64,000 nt of DNA from Candidatus Versatilivorator sp. Its GTDB lineage: Bacteria > Acidobacteriota > Terriglobia > Versatilivoradales > Versatilivoraceae. Made by a program: the position numbers and the translations under genes. A model generated the notes under the pieces. That model was not told where the DNA came from, ran no database searches, and worked only from the letters and a program-made list of their open reading frames with translations. Below are positions 1-8,815 of this stretch, in pieces. Location of the stretch: the NCBI GenBank assembly GCA_965207735.1, contig OZ242296.1, positions 2,304,001-2,368,000 of the forward strand. Reading direction: 5' to 3'. The stretch's first letter is position 1, and each line of letters opens with the position of its first letter.

Positions 1-913
1 CGGCCTCGATGGCCCCTATCAGCCCGTCGTAGTGCCGCCGGGCTTCCCCCACGATCTGGGGACGCATCAGCAGCAGACCCACGGTGGCCCGGGGATCCAG
101 ACTGCGCCCGGTGGCCGCCCGGTACCAGTCCCGGTAGGCGCTGAAGCTCTCGAACAGATCGGGCGCCAGCGGGTGGTAGAGCCCGGTGGAGGGCCGCACC
201 TCGGGCGGGTCGGGCGCCGCCAGGGTGGCGTGGCCCGGCACGTAGTGCTTGACGGCGTGCAGCAACATGGAGCGAATGTTCTTGGGAGTGGGTTGCAGGA
301 AGTGGCAGTAGAGGATGAGGTAGTTCTTGATGTCCCTCAGTTTTCCGGCGCCGGGAACGAATTTCAGGATTGTGGGCAAGCGCCCGGCGAGCTTGTGGTA
401 GGCGTTGAAGCTCCCTTTGCCGGAGCGGGAGCCCCTGCCCGAGCGCGAGGCGGCTCGCCGGGACATCAGCTCAGACATCCAGGTTCCCAGGCGGTGAGCC
501 AGGCTCTGACCCGATCCCGGACGGCCGGCCCGGCGGCCCGAGCGCTTGAGGGTGGACATCAGGCGGCCCAGATCCAGCTTGCCCATGCGGGTCCGGCCCA
601 TCAGATCGGCCAGGCAATTGAACACGATCACCGCATGGTGGCGATGGCGGAAGCGGTCCAGGGCCTCCAGCAGGCGCCGGCTGTTGTCCGAATCGGTCAG
701 GTGCATGACCAGCACCAGGTCGGCCCCGGCGAGATCCTCCAGGGCCGCCTCCCACTCGGGATCCGACCAGGCGGCTCCGCCGTTGTGGGCGGCCAGGCGC
801 AGCTCCAGTCCATGCTCCCGGATCTCGCTTTCGGCCCTCCGCAACGGGGCCAATATGCTGGAGCCCACGTAAAACACCACTACCTGGACCGGATTCGGGA
901 CTGAATCCTTCAC
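1..913 (-). CDS. bchH: Magnesium chelatase subunit H (BchH/ChlH), N-terminal region; runs off the window edge
   Basis: Not in the ORF track because it is open at the edge. Manual translation from GTG at 913 (GTGA overlap with the upstream stop) gives ...LMGRTRMGKLDL...RLPTILKFVPG...GLYHPLAP...VGLLLMRPQI...HYDGLIGAIEA, matching the BchH/ChlH N-terminal region. Confidence 0.85.
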   Translation of the reverse strand, partial: MKDSVPNPVQVVVFYVGSSILAPLRRAESEIREHGLELRLAAHNGGAAWSDPEWEAALEDLAGADLVLVMHLTDSDNSRRLLEALDRFRHRHHAVIVFNCLADLMGRTRMGKLDLGRLMSTLKRSGRRAGRPGSGQSLAHRLGTWMSELMSRRAASRSGRGSRSGKGSFNAYHKLAGRLPTILKFVPGAGKLRDIKNYLILYCHFLQPTPKNIRSMLLHAVKHYVPGHATLAAPDPPEVRPSTGLYHPLAPDLFESFSAYRDWYRAATGRSLDPRATVGLLLMRPQIVGEARRHYDGLIGAIEA

Positions 914-2646
914 GGAGCGACTCCTTCCAGGGCGTCTTCCAAACCGGCAAACACTTCTCTGAGCCGGCTCAACACCTCGGGCCTGGCCGACCAGAACCCT
1001 CGCCCGGAGGCTTCCAGCAGCCGGCCCACCAGGGTCTGGGCCGAGTGGGGGTTGAGGCTCTGCAAACGCTCGAGCATCTGCGAGTCCAGCACGAAGGTCT
1101 CGGCCACCTCGTCGTAGATCCAGTCCTCGACCGCATCGGCCGTGGCCGACCACCCGAAGGTGTTGGTCAGTTGGTGCTCGATCTCGGCCACGCCGCTGAA
1201 GCCGTGCTTGAGCATGCCCTCGTACCACTTGGGATTGAGGACCTTGGTTCGGCTCTCCAGTTGCAGCGTTTCCTGAAGGGTGCGAACCCTGGAACGGGGG
1301 GTGAGCGAATCGGAGAGGTAGACTTGCGGCCGCTTGCCGGACCGTTCCTCCACGGCCTTGGTCACCCCTCCCAGGTACTCGAAGTAGTGGTCCACATCCG
1401 ATATGCCCACCTCGGTGCTGTCGATGTTCTGATAGCTGGCTTCCACGCGGGAGAGGGCGCTGTCCAGCAGCGCCTGGGCCTCCCGCCCTTCCAGGGGGCG
1501 GCCCCGGGCGTCGCGCCCGTAGGCGAAGCACTTGCGCTTGACGAAGAGGTCTCCCAGCTCCCTGGAATCCTCCCACTGGCTCTGCAGCACCATGAAGTTG
1601 ACGTTGGTGCCGTAGTTTCCGGCCGCATTGGAGAACACGCGGGTGGCCGCTTCCTCGAAGGTGGACCGGCCCTGGGCGATCTGCTGTTGGACGTGCTTGC
1701 GGATGAAGTTTTGGTCCGGAGGCTCCTCCAGGGCCGCCACCCGCTTGACGGCCCGGTCCAGCAGCTCCATGGTGGAGGCGAACAGGTCCCGGAAGATGCC
1801 CGAGACGGTCATGACCACGTCGATTCTGGGCCGCCCCAGCTGCTCCAGGGGAATGGCCTCCACCTCGGTCACCCGGTTGAGTCCATCCCGCACCGGCCGC
1901 ACCCCCAGCAGCCACAGCACCTGGGCCACCGCCTCTCCCTCCTTCTTGATGTTGTCGATACCCCAGAGCACCATGGCGATGGACTCGGGGACCCGGCCGG
2001 TCTCCTGCCGGTGGCGTTCCAGCAGGGCCCGGGTCAGGGGCTCGGCCCGGCCAAGGGCCAAGGGAGTGGGGATGGCATAGGGATTGATGGCATGAGTGTT
2101 CCTGCCGGTCGGCAGAATGGCGGGGTTCTGCAGCAGGTCCCCTCCGGGTCCGGGCGGCAGGTAGTTTCCCCTCAGGCCGGCAACCAACCCCTCCAGCTCC
2201 CGGTTGGACTGCAGGCGCAGGTTCAGCCTGCCCAGGAAGGCCAGGATTTCCAGGGACGCATCCTCAGCCACGCCGGCACGCTGCCGGAGCCAGAGCGCCG
2301 TTTCCCGCTCGGGTTGCGCTCCCGGCGCCAGCAGGCGCCCGATGGTCTCCCGGGTCAGGTCTTCCACCGACTCCCGCTCCCGCATCCGCTCCGCGGAGGC
2401 CTGGCTCTCCTCCAGCAACCGGGCATAGGGCGGCAACCCCAGGCTCGCGGCAATGAGATCGGTCAGGGCCGGAAGGCCGAGCTCCGGCCTGGGGAAGGAG
2501 CCCACCATGGCCAGCAGGTGAACGGTCTCGGCCGCGCCGCCAGGCTTGCCGAAGGTGTGGAGTCCGGTCGGAATGAGGCGCTGTTCGATTTCCAGCACCC
2601 TTTCATAGAGGTCCAGCACCCGGCGGTCGCGTTCTTCGCTGGTCAT
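910..2646 (-). CDS. bchH: Stand-alone C-terminal half of Mg-chelatase H (CobN/BchH family)
   Basis: Motifs EIEQRLIPTGLH, LPTGRNTHA, VLWGIDNIK, RPRIDVVMTVSGIFRDLF, RVFSNAAG, RTKVLNPKWYEGML and NTFGWSAT. GAGGGG RBS precedes the ATG at 2646. The protein lacks roughly the N-terminal 60% of a normal H subunit. Confidence 0.88.
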   Translation of the reverse strand: MTSEERDRRVLDLYERVLEIEQRLIPTGLHTFGKPGGAAETVHLLAMVGSFPRPELGLPALTDLIAASLGLPPYARLLEESQASAERMRERESVEDLTRETIGRLLAPGAQPERETALWLRQRAGVAEDASLEILAFLGRLNLRLQSNRELEGLVAGLRGNYLPPGPGGDLLQNPAILPTGRNTHAINPYAIPTPLALGRAEPLTRALLERHRQETGRVPESIAMVLWGIDNIKKEGEAVAQVLWLLGVRPVRDGLNRVTEVEAIPLEQLGRPRIDVVMTVSGIFRDLFASTMELLDRAVKRVAALEEPPDQNFIRKHVQQQIAQGRSTFEEAATRVFSNAAGNYGTNVNFMVLQSQWEDSRELGDLFVKRKCFAYGRDARGRPLEGREAQALLDSALSRVEASYQNIDSTEVGISDVDHYFEYLGGVTKAVEERSGKRPQVYLSDSLTPRSRVRTLQETLQLESRTKVLNPKWYEGMLKHGFSGVAEIEHQLTNTFGWSATADAVEDWIYDEVAETFVLDSQMLERLQSLNPHSAQTLVGRLLEASGRGFWSARPEVLSRLREVFAGLEDALEGVAP

Positions 2647-2654
2647 CGATCCCC

Positions 2655-4628
2655 TCAACCGACCGCCCTGCCCCGGACGTCCTCGGCCACCGACTTCACC
2701 GCCTGAAACAGCGCCCCCTGGTCCGTTCGGGGCAGCCGCAGGTAGCGCGCCCCGATCCGGTCGGCCAGGGTCCGGCCCTCTCCCCCGGCCAGAAAAGGGG
2801 GCCGGGTATCCACCACCACCGCGGTCAAGGCCTCCTGACGGATCTCGCCGCCCAGCAGTTGCAGTTCCCGCTGCAGGGCAGCCGCTTTCGAGCCCTGTCC
2901 CAAGGGCGCCGGACGGACCGGACGGTTGGCCCGGCCGTCGGTGAGAATTAGCAGCACCGGTTGGGGAGAGCCGCGTAGCCGAGCAGCGCGCGCCACCTCC
3001 AGGGCCTGCACCAGCCCGGCGGCCAGGGGGGTGGCTCCGCCGGCGGGCAGAGCCTCCACCAGGCGCATGGCCCGCTCGACGCTTCGGGTGGGCGGAAGCA
3101 GCGTTTGGGCACCGTCGCCGCCGAAGCGGACCAGCGCCACCTGGTCCCGAAAGACATAGGCCTGCTGCAAAAGCCGGGCCGTGGCGCCCTTGGCCTGGGC
3201 CATGCGGTTCACGGCCATACTACCACTGGCGTCCACCACGAAGACAAATAGGATCCCGGCCTTGCTCCGAAAACGGTGGAAGCGCAAGTCCGAGGCCCGG
3301 ATGACCATTCCGGCCCCCACCCTGCCGGCCGGTCCGCGCCCGCCTGCGCGGGGACGGTCCCGATCGTCTCCGGGGACCGCGGCCGCCTGCCGCCGGCGCC
3401 AATACTGCCAGGGGGCCGCTGCCCGCAGGGTTGCCGCCACGGCTATGGAACGCCTGCGGTCCGGCTGCAGGCCGGCGCGGAAGGCCCTCCCTGGAGAACC
3501 GGGAAGCCTCTGGGACATGGTCCCTTGCCGGCGGCCGGCGGCCCGGGAAGCCGGGAGCTGGGCGACCATCTCCTCGGGGAACTTTCCGGGAAGGGCGTCC
3601 ACCGGCCTGGGCGGCTCCTGGGCGGGCGGCGAGCGGTCTTCGGTGGGGGCGCCGGGTTCGGGGCCGGGAGCTTCATCGCCCTGCCCTTCCTCCGGCCGGG
3701 CCTGCTCATGCCGGGGGCCGGCGGCGGGCTTCTCATCCACCGGCAGGGCTCGGGGCCACAGGACCAGCCGCGCCGCCATCTCCAGATCCTTCTCCGACAC
3801 CTGGCTGCGTCCGGCCAGGGCCGCGTGGGCCCGGGCCGCCCATATGGCAAACAGGTCCAGCCGATGTCCCTCCAGCCCCAGTCGAGCGGCTTCGCCGACG
3901 AGTCGGCGCAGGTCGCCCTCGGAGATGCCGACCTGGCCCATCCGGCTCCGGGCTTGCAGAATGGATTCGGCAGCGGAGGGGGCCGGGCCGGAGCCGGCGG
4001 GCGCCACAGCGGAGCCGGCGGGCTCCCAACCCGGCCGGCCTTCTTCATAACCCCGCAGCAGCTCGAGCACCCGGCGCCGCTGATCCAGGTCGGGCGTGTA
4101 GGAGCCGTCCACCAGCAGTCCTACCCGGGCCTCAATGATGGCCCCAGGGCGGCCTTCGGCGGGATCGTAGGCTCCCACCAGGGCGAACCTGGCGGGGTGG
4201 GAAGTGCTGACACCCTCCCGTTCGACCCCGACCCGGCCTGAGTCGAGCGACGAGGCGATGGCGCGGAGAGGGGCTTCCGGCAGCAGATTGACGTGATCGA
4301 CCTGAAGAACCCCCCGGTCCGCCTGGGCAAGCAGCCCCTTGCGGTAGCGCCAGCGCGCTCCGGCCGCCTCCGGCTCCGGACTCAAGCCCCCCAGCAGCCG
4401 GTCTTGGCCAACTCCCAAGGGAACCCTCACCAGAGCGGCCTCGCGACCGTCCGGCTTCAGGGCCTCCAGCAGGGAGACGAAGACCTTCACCAGCTTGCGC
4501 TTGCCCGTCCCGGAAGGCAAAGCCATCAGCAGGCCGCCCAGGCGAGGCTCGACTGCCAGCAACAGCAAGGCCCGCTTCGCCAACGGCTGACCCACCACGG
4601 AAGCAAAAAGATCATCGAGAATGGTCAT
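2655..4628 (-). CDS. bchD: Mg-chelatase subunit D (degenerate AAA+, Pro-rich linker, vWA/MIDAS)
   Basis: GLLAQADRGVLQVDHVNLL and VEREGVS in the AAA domain; MIDAS VVDASGSM, GGATPLAAGL and LTDGRAN. Start placed at ATG 4628 because the longer ORF reads through a repeat. Confidence 0.85.
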   Translation of the reverse strand: MTILDDLFASVVGQPLAKRALLLLAVEPRLGGLLMALPSGTGKRKLVKVFVSLLEALKPDGREAALVRVPLGVGQDRLLGGLSPEPEAAGARWRYRKGLLAQADRGVLQVDHVNLLPEAPLRAIASSLDSGRVGVEREGVSTSHPARFALVGAYDPAEGRPGAIIEARVGLLVDGSYTPDLDQRRRVLELLRGYEEGRPGWEPAGSAVAPAGSGPAPSAAESILQARSRMGQVGISEGDLRRLVGEAARLGLEGHRLDLFAIWAARAHAALAGRSQVSEKDLEMAARLVLWPRALPVDEKPAAGPRHEQARPEEGQGDEAPGPEPGAPTEDRSPPAQEPPRPVDALPGKFPEEMVAQLPASRAAGRRQGTMSQRLPGSPGRAFRAGLQPDRRRSIAVAATLRAAAPWQYWRRRQAAAVPGDDRDRPRAGGRGPAGRVGAGMVIRASDLRFHRFRSKAGILFVFVVDASGSMAVNRMAQAKGATARLLQQAYVFRDQVALVRFGGDGAQTLLPPTRSVERAMRLVEALPAGGATPLAAGLVQALEVARAARLRGSPQPVLLILTDGRANRPVRPAPLGQGSKAAALQRELQLLGGEIRQEALTAVVVDTRPPFLAGGEGRTLADRIGARYLRLPRTDQGALFQAVKSVAEDVRGRAVG

Positions 4629-4649
4629 GGAAATCCGGAACAGAGTTAT

Positions 4650-4785
4650 CCACGAAGAGGAACGAAGGATTGTAGATTGTAGATTGTAGATTGTAGATTG
4701 TGGATTGTAGATTGTGGATTGTGGATCTAAGGCGGAATCAGTTGCCGTCAATCCTCAATCAACAATCAGAAATCAACAATCAAGA
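4650..4785. repeat. Heptamer-arm palindromic element (family A) preceded by a CCACGAAG motif (family E)
   Basis: About 8 tandem TTGT(A/G)GA units, a short core, then AATCAAC-type units on the opposite arm. Confidence 0.85.
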
Positions 4786-4797
4786 GGCGAAACCTCG

Positions 4798-5915
4798 TTA
4801 GCCGCCGGCGGCCTGGGCATCGCCGGTCTCCAGGGGGAACACCCTCTCCAGGGCCTGCTCGATCCGGGCGGCGGATTCGAGCGGCTCCAGGGGATCCTTG
4901 CGAAGCCGGTGGCGCAGCGACATGACGGCCACCCGCCGGATGTCCTCGGGCAGGACGGCCTCCCCTCCCCGCCAGGCAGCCAGGGCGCGGGAGGCGCGAT
5001 AGAGGGTCAGCTCACCCCGGTGGCCGGCCACCTCCAGCCTCAAACAGAGCTCGGCCATCCCCCTCAGCAGCTCCGCATCCACGCCGACCCGGGAGATGAG
5101 GGACAGGGCCGCCTTCAGCTTGCGCCGCAGCTCCTCCTGGAGGAGTTCCGCCCGGGAGCAGAATCCGGCCGGATCCTGTTCGAAGCTCTGGCGCCTGCGC
5201 ACGATCTCGACCCGCTCGTCCAGGTCATCCAGCGTCTTGACCTCCACGAACAGTCCGAAGCGGTCCAGCAACTGGGGCCGCAACTCCCCTTCCTCGGGAT
5301 TGCCCGATCCCACCAGCACGAAACGGGCGGCGTGGCTCACCGAGATCCCCTCCCGCTCCACCTGGTTGCGGCCGCTGGCGGCCGCGTCCAGCAGAAGGTC
5401 CACCAGGTAATCCTCCAGCAGATTGACCTCGTCGATGTAGAGAAAACCCCGATGGGCCTTGGCCAGCAACCCGGGCTGGAACACCTTGACCCCCCGGTTC
5501 AAGGCCTGCTCGATGTCAAGACTGCCGCAGACCCGGTCTTCGGTGGCCCCAGGGGCAGATCGACCACCGGGGCGGCGAAGGTCTCGCGGGGCAGACGCTT
5601 GCCCTTGCCCTGGCGTTCCCGGCATTCCCGGCAGAGGTCTCGAACCCGCCCCGGATCGCAGTTGAAGGGGCAGCCCTTCACCCGTACCTTGGGAGGCAAA
5701 AGGTCGGCCAGGGCCCTCACTGCCGTGGACTTGGCCGTGCCCCGATGACCCATGACCACCACGCCTCCGAGCTGGGAGTCGAGCACCGCCAGCAGCAGGG
5801 CCAGCTTCATGTCCTCCTGGCCGACGATGGCCGAAAAAGGGTAGACGGGGGGAGCGACTCCCCGAGGCGGCTTGGCTTTCCTGGACTTGGTCGAGCGGGG
5901 TTCAGGCAGGCTCAC
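4798..5915 (-). pseudogene. bchI: Mg-chelatase ATPase subunit I, frameshifted (1-nt loss in a G run; possibly a sequencing error)
   Basis: The 5' frame has YPFSAIVGQ, Walker [10 protein letters not shown] and PVVDLPLG. The second frame has [31 protein letters not shown] and [17 protein letters not shown]. The break is at CCCC 5547-5550. Confidence 0.85.
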
Positions 5916-6015
5916 GTGTCAAGGGGTGTGATCGGGAGTCCGGCTCCAGGCGCTTGCCGGGGGCCGGGACATCCGGGGGAATGTTCAGGCAGTCGGCGAT
6001 TCTACTCGCTGCCTA

Positions 6016-6044
6016 ACCCTAATGGCAGAGGGGCGGACTGTCAA
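6016..6044 (-). promoter_or_regulatory. Putative sigma70 promoter of the chelatase operon
   Basis: TTGACA-17 nt-TAGGGT on the minus strand upstream of bchI. Confidence 0.4.
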
Positions 6045-6057
6045 GGATGTGGAGACA

Positions 6058-6245
6058 ACCCACGAGGGATTGTAGATTGCTGTCGCCGCCTACGCGGCTC
6101 GGACTCTTACGCTAAGCTTTCCATGGGCTTACGCCCACGGCTACCTGCTGCCGCGGCTTCGCCGCTCTACTGGAACCCGGGCTGGCGCCCGGGGACTCAT
6201 CATTTAGAGCCTTTTGCACAAGGCTCAACAATCAACAATTCATCG
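6058..6245. repeat. Nested repeat mosaic (A arm / REP-like hairpins / collapsed TIR palindrome / A arm)
   Basis: GGATTGTAGATTG, then CCATGGGCTTACGCCCACGGCTAC and CCCGGGCTGGCGCCCGGG, then GAGCCTTTTGCACAAGGCTC (6207-6226), then AACAATCAACAATTC. Confidence 0.75.
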
Positions 6246-6252
6246 GCGGGGG

Positions 6253-6618
6253 TCAAATCAGGTCGTCGACATCTACCCGCAGAGCAGTGGCCAAGCGCTT
6301 CAAGGCGTTGATTGAGCCGGGCTTTTTCCGGTTCTCTATGGCCGACAGGTAGGAGGCCGCAACTCCGGCGGCAGCGGCGAGTTCAACCCCTCTCAAGCCC
6401 CGATACTCCCGCCAGACGCGCACCGGACTCTCCCCGGCCAGCAGCCGGTCCACCAGCTCGATGGGAACCGATTCCTCGTCAGGATCCTCAAGTACCCGCC
6501 GCATGGCGGCAGCGTCCCGCGCATCCTCGTCAACGGCGTTGCGCAGCTCCTCATATTCGGAAAGGGGAACGACAACATAGGCTTCGCCGGCCAGGGTGAT
6601 GGTTTGGGGTCTGGTCAC
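6253..6618 (-). CDS. Xre-family HTH antitoxin
   Basis: N-terminal YVVVPLSEYEEL and C-terminal HTH VRVWREYRGL...LAAAAGVAASYLSAIENRKKPGS; overlaps the toxin stop. Confidence 0.85.
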   Translation of the reverse strand: MTRPQTITLAGEAYVVVPLSEYEELRNAVDEDARDAAAMRRVLEDPDEESVPIELVDRLLAGESPVRVWREYRGLRGVELAAAAGVAASYLSAIENRKKPGSINALKRLATALRVDVDDLI

Positions 6619-6872
6619 GAGCAGGCGCCTCCACGGGGCAAGATATTGGTACTACTCAGGATGCGGGAAGGGATGTCCAATTGGTACAACACTCGCCAAT
6701 CGCCCACCCGCAGCCGAAATCCCTCGATCCCACGCAATGGCGTCACATTGTTGTGCTGCGCCAAGGGATCCGCAGCCACCGCGGTGATCTTGCCGCGGAC
6801 GATCTGCGCCGTCTTGGCGGGCATGCGCGTCAGGCAACGGCGGGCGCTCTTGGAAATCACTACCTCAAACAC
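6615..6872 (-). CDS. RelE/ParE-family type II toxin
   Basis: 85 aa with the RelE signature LRGIEGFRLRVGDWRVLY; toxin-first (HigBA-like) order. Confidence 0.85.
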   Translation of the reverse strand: MFEVVISKSARRCLTRMPAKTAQIVRGKITAVAADPLAQHNNVTPLRGIEGFRLRVGDWRVLYQLDIPSRILSSTNILPRGGACS

Positions 6873-6891
6873 GATTCAAGTATATCCCAAG

Positions 6892-6936
6892 GAGAACTAT
6901 CTGTAACCTATTAATTCTCTAATAGAGATAAGTCAA
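6892..6936 (-). promoter_or_regulatory. TA promoter with operator palindrome
   Basis: AT-rich region; -35 TTGACT (6936-6931) followed by the palindrome TCTCTA-A-TAGAGA (6916-6928). Confidence 0.55.
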
Positions 6937-6984
6937 GACACGACGAGTGAACCTCGCCGGTCCTGTCTAGCCGCCCCCCGCCCT

Positions 6985-7535
6985 ACCGGGCAGATCATAC
7001 GAGTGTGAAACAATCAGAAATCGGCCAATCCCTTTGCGACCTTGGTATCCCGTCGCGGTCAACCTCAACGCCTTAGTGCCCTTCGTCGTCCTTCGTGTGT
7101 CTTCGTGGATTCCTCTTTTTCTATTGTCTTTTTTCGGTTGTTTCAGACAAGCCGGGCCCCCGCCCTGGTGTGCGGATCATACATAGAGTGAAACAATCGG
7201 AAATCGACCAACCCTTCGCGAACATTGGTACCCCGTCGCGACCAACCTCAGCGCCTTAGTGCCCCTTCGTCGTTCTTCGTGCCCCTTGGTGGATAAGTCT
7301 TTTTTCTTTTGTCGTTTGTCGGTTGTTTCAGGCAAGCCGGGCCCCTGCCCTGCCGGGCAGATCATCCGAGGGTGAAACAATCAGAAATCGACAATCCCTT
7401 CGCGACCTTGGTATCCCGTCGCGGCCAACCTCAGCGCCTTAGTGGCCCTTCGTCGTTCTTCGTGCCCCTTCGTGGATAGGTCTTTTGTCTCTTGTCTTTT
7501 GTCGTTTGTCTTTTGTCGTTTGTTTCAGACAAGCC
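6985..7535 (+). repeat. Tandem array of three ~183-bp units (family B)
   Basis: Units begin (A/G)GATCAT at 6992, 7174 and 7359. Each has GTGAAACAATC.GAAATCG, a GCGAC...GTCGC hairpin, CCTTAGTGCCCTTCGTCG, a T-rich tract and the end GTTTCAG(A/G)CAAGCC. Confidence 0.9.
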
Positions 7536-7668
7536 GAAAATCGACCAGCGCCAACAAAACACCCTGTCCCGCCCCCCGGATTTGATATTCTCTGCCCGCC
7601 GGCGCGGTTGCCGCCGGCGCGGCTGGAAACCATGGGGGGCAGGTCTGCCAGAAAGAGGAGAATCGCCG

Positions 7669-8667
7669 ATGACAAAGGACTGGGAACTCAGGGAGTGCGA
7701 CCGGGAGCTTTTTGAAAGAGAGTTGCGAAGCTTCGTGCCGGAGAAGATCTTTGACGCCCACGCCCATCTCTACGAGACCTGGCACTGGGGACGCGGCGAG
7801 GATGGAATGCAGGGGCCCAGGGTGGCGACCCTGGCCGAGTTTCGCCGCCTGATGGAGTGGATCACGCCCGGCAGCCATACCACCGCGCTGTTTTTCGGGG
7901 TGGGCTTCAGCGACGAACGCTTCCGCCAGGCAAACGAGTTCGTGGCGGCCGAGGTGAGCCTGGACCCGGAATGCCGCGGGCAGATGCTGGTCTCCCCCCG
8001 CATGGACCCCGAGGAGGTCCGACAGGAGGCCAAGCGGCTGGGTTATACCGGGCTCAAGGTCTACCACTCCTTCGTACAGGGAGAAGTCACCTGGCATGCG
8101 GATATTTCCAAGTTTCTCACCGAAGAGCACGTGCGGGTGGCCCACCAGGAGGGCTGGACCATCACTCTCCACATGGTGAAGGACCGAGCCATGGCCGATC
8201 CCGCCAACCAGCAGCGAATCGTGGAGTACTGCACCCGGTACCCGGACATGAAGCTCATCCTGGCCCACGCGGCCCGGGGCTTCAACCCCTATCACACGGT
8301 GGAGGGCATCCACGCTCTGAAGGGACTGCGCAACGTCTGGTGCGACACCTCGGCGGTCACCGAGGCCGGCGCCTTCGAGGCCATCGTGGACACGCTGGGC
8401 CACGACCGGCTGTTGTGGGGGTCCGATTTTCCGGTCAGCCACGGACGGGGGCGCTGCATAGCCATCGGCGACCAGTTTTTCTGGCTGGGAGAGGACAGCC
8501 TGGACTGGGACAGCGTGGCGGCCCAAGCCTCCATTCAACCCGTGCTGACGGGCCTGGAGTCCCTGAGAGTCCTGAAGCTGGCTGCCCGGCATCTGCGGCT
8601 GAGCGACAGCCAGGTGGAGGACATCTTCTACCACAACGCCCGGAGGATGCTGGGAATGGAGGGATGA
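7669..8667 (+). CDS. Amidohydrolase_2-family metal-dependent hydrolase
   Basis: IFDAHAH, TLH, ILAHAARG and LLWGSDFP; GAGGAG RBS before ATG 7669. Confidence 0.85.
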   Translation: MTKDWELRECDRELFERELRSFVPEKIFDAHAHLYETWHWGRGEDGMQGPRVATLAEFRRLMEWITPGSHTTALFFGVGFSDERFRQANEFVAAEVSLDPECRGQMLVSPRMDPEEVRQEAKRLGYTGLKVYHSFVQGEVTWHADISKFLTEEHVRVAHQEGWTITLHMVKDRAMADPANQQRIVEYCTRYPDMKLILAHAARGFNPYHTVEGIHALKGLRNVWCDTSAVTEAGAFEAIVDTLGHDRLLWGSDFPVSHGRGRCIAIGDQFFWLGEDSLDWDSVAAQASIQPVLTGLESLRVLKLAARHLRLSDSQVEDIFYHNARRMLGMEG

Positions 8668-8680
8668 GGGAAGCGGGCAA

Positions 8681-8815
8681 GCCCGCATTTCTCACCAGGG
8701 GGCATGCCCAGCGCAGTCTGTTGCCCGCAAGCCCTTCCCACGAATCCAATCAAAGTACTGAAGACAAACTACTTGTCGTCATGGCACCAGCGGCCTGGTG
8801 AGAAATGCGGCCTAG
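8681..8815. mobile_element. MITE-like element (family G), about 135 bp
   Basis: Terminal inverted repeats GCCCGCATTTCTCACCAGG / CCTGGTGAGAAATGCGGCC; ends in CTAG overlapping a stop codon. Confidence 0.7.

Noticed and set aside
5916-6060. Cobalamin riboswitch upstream of the chelatase operon
   Set aside because: Only a simple hairpin is present; I could not find a B12-box or the other conserved elements.
6985-7535. Family-B units as CRISPR repeats (GAAAC) or integron attC sites
   Set aside because: Whole units are conserved with no spacers or cassette ORFs, the ends do not fit RYYYAAC/GTTRRRY, and no integrase is present.
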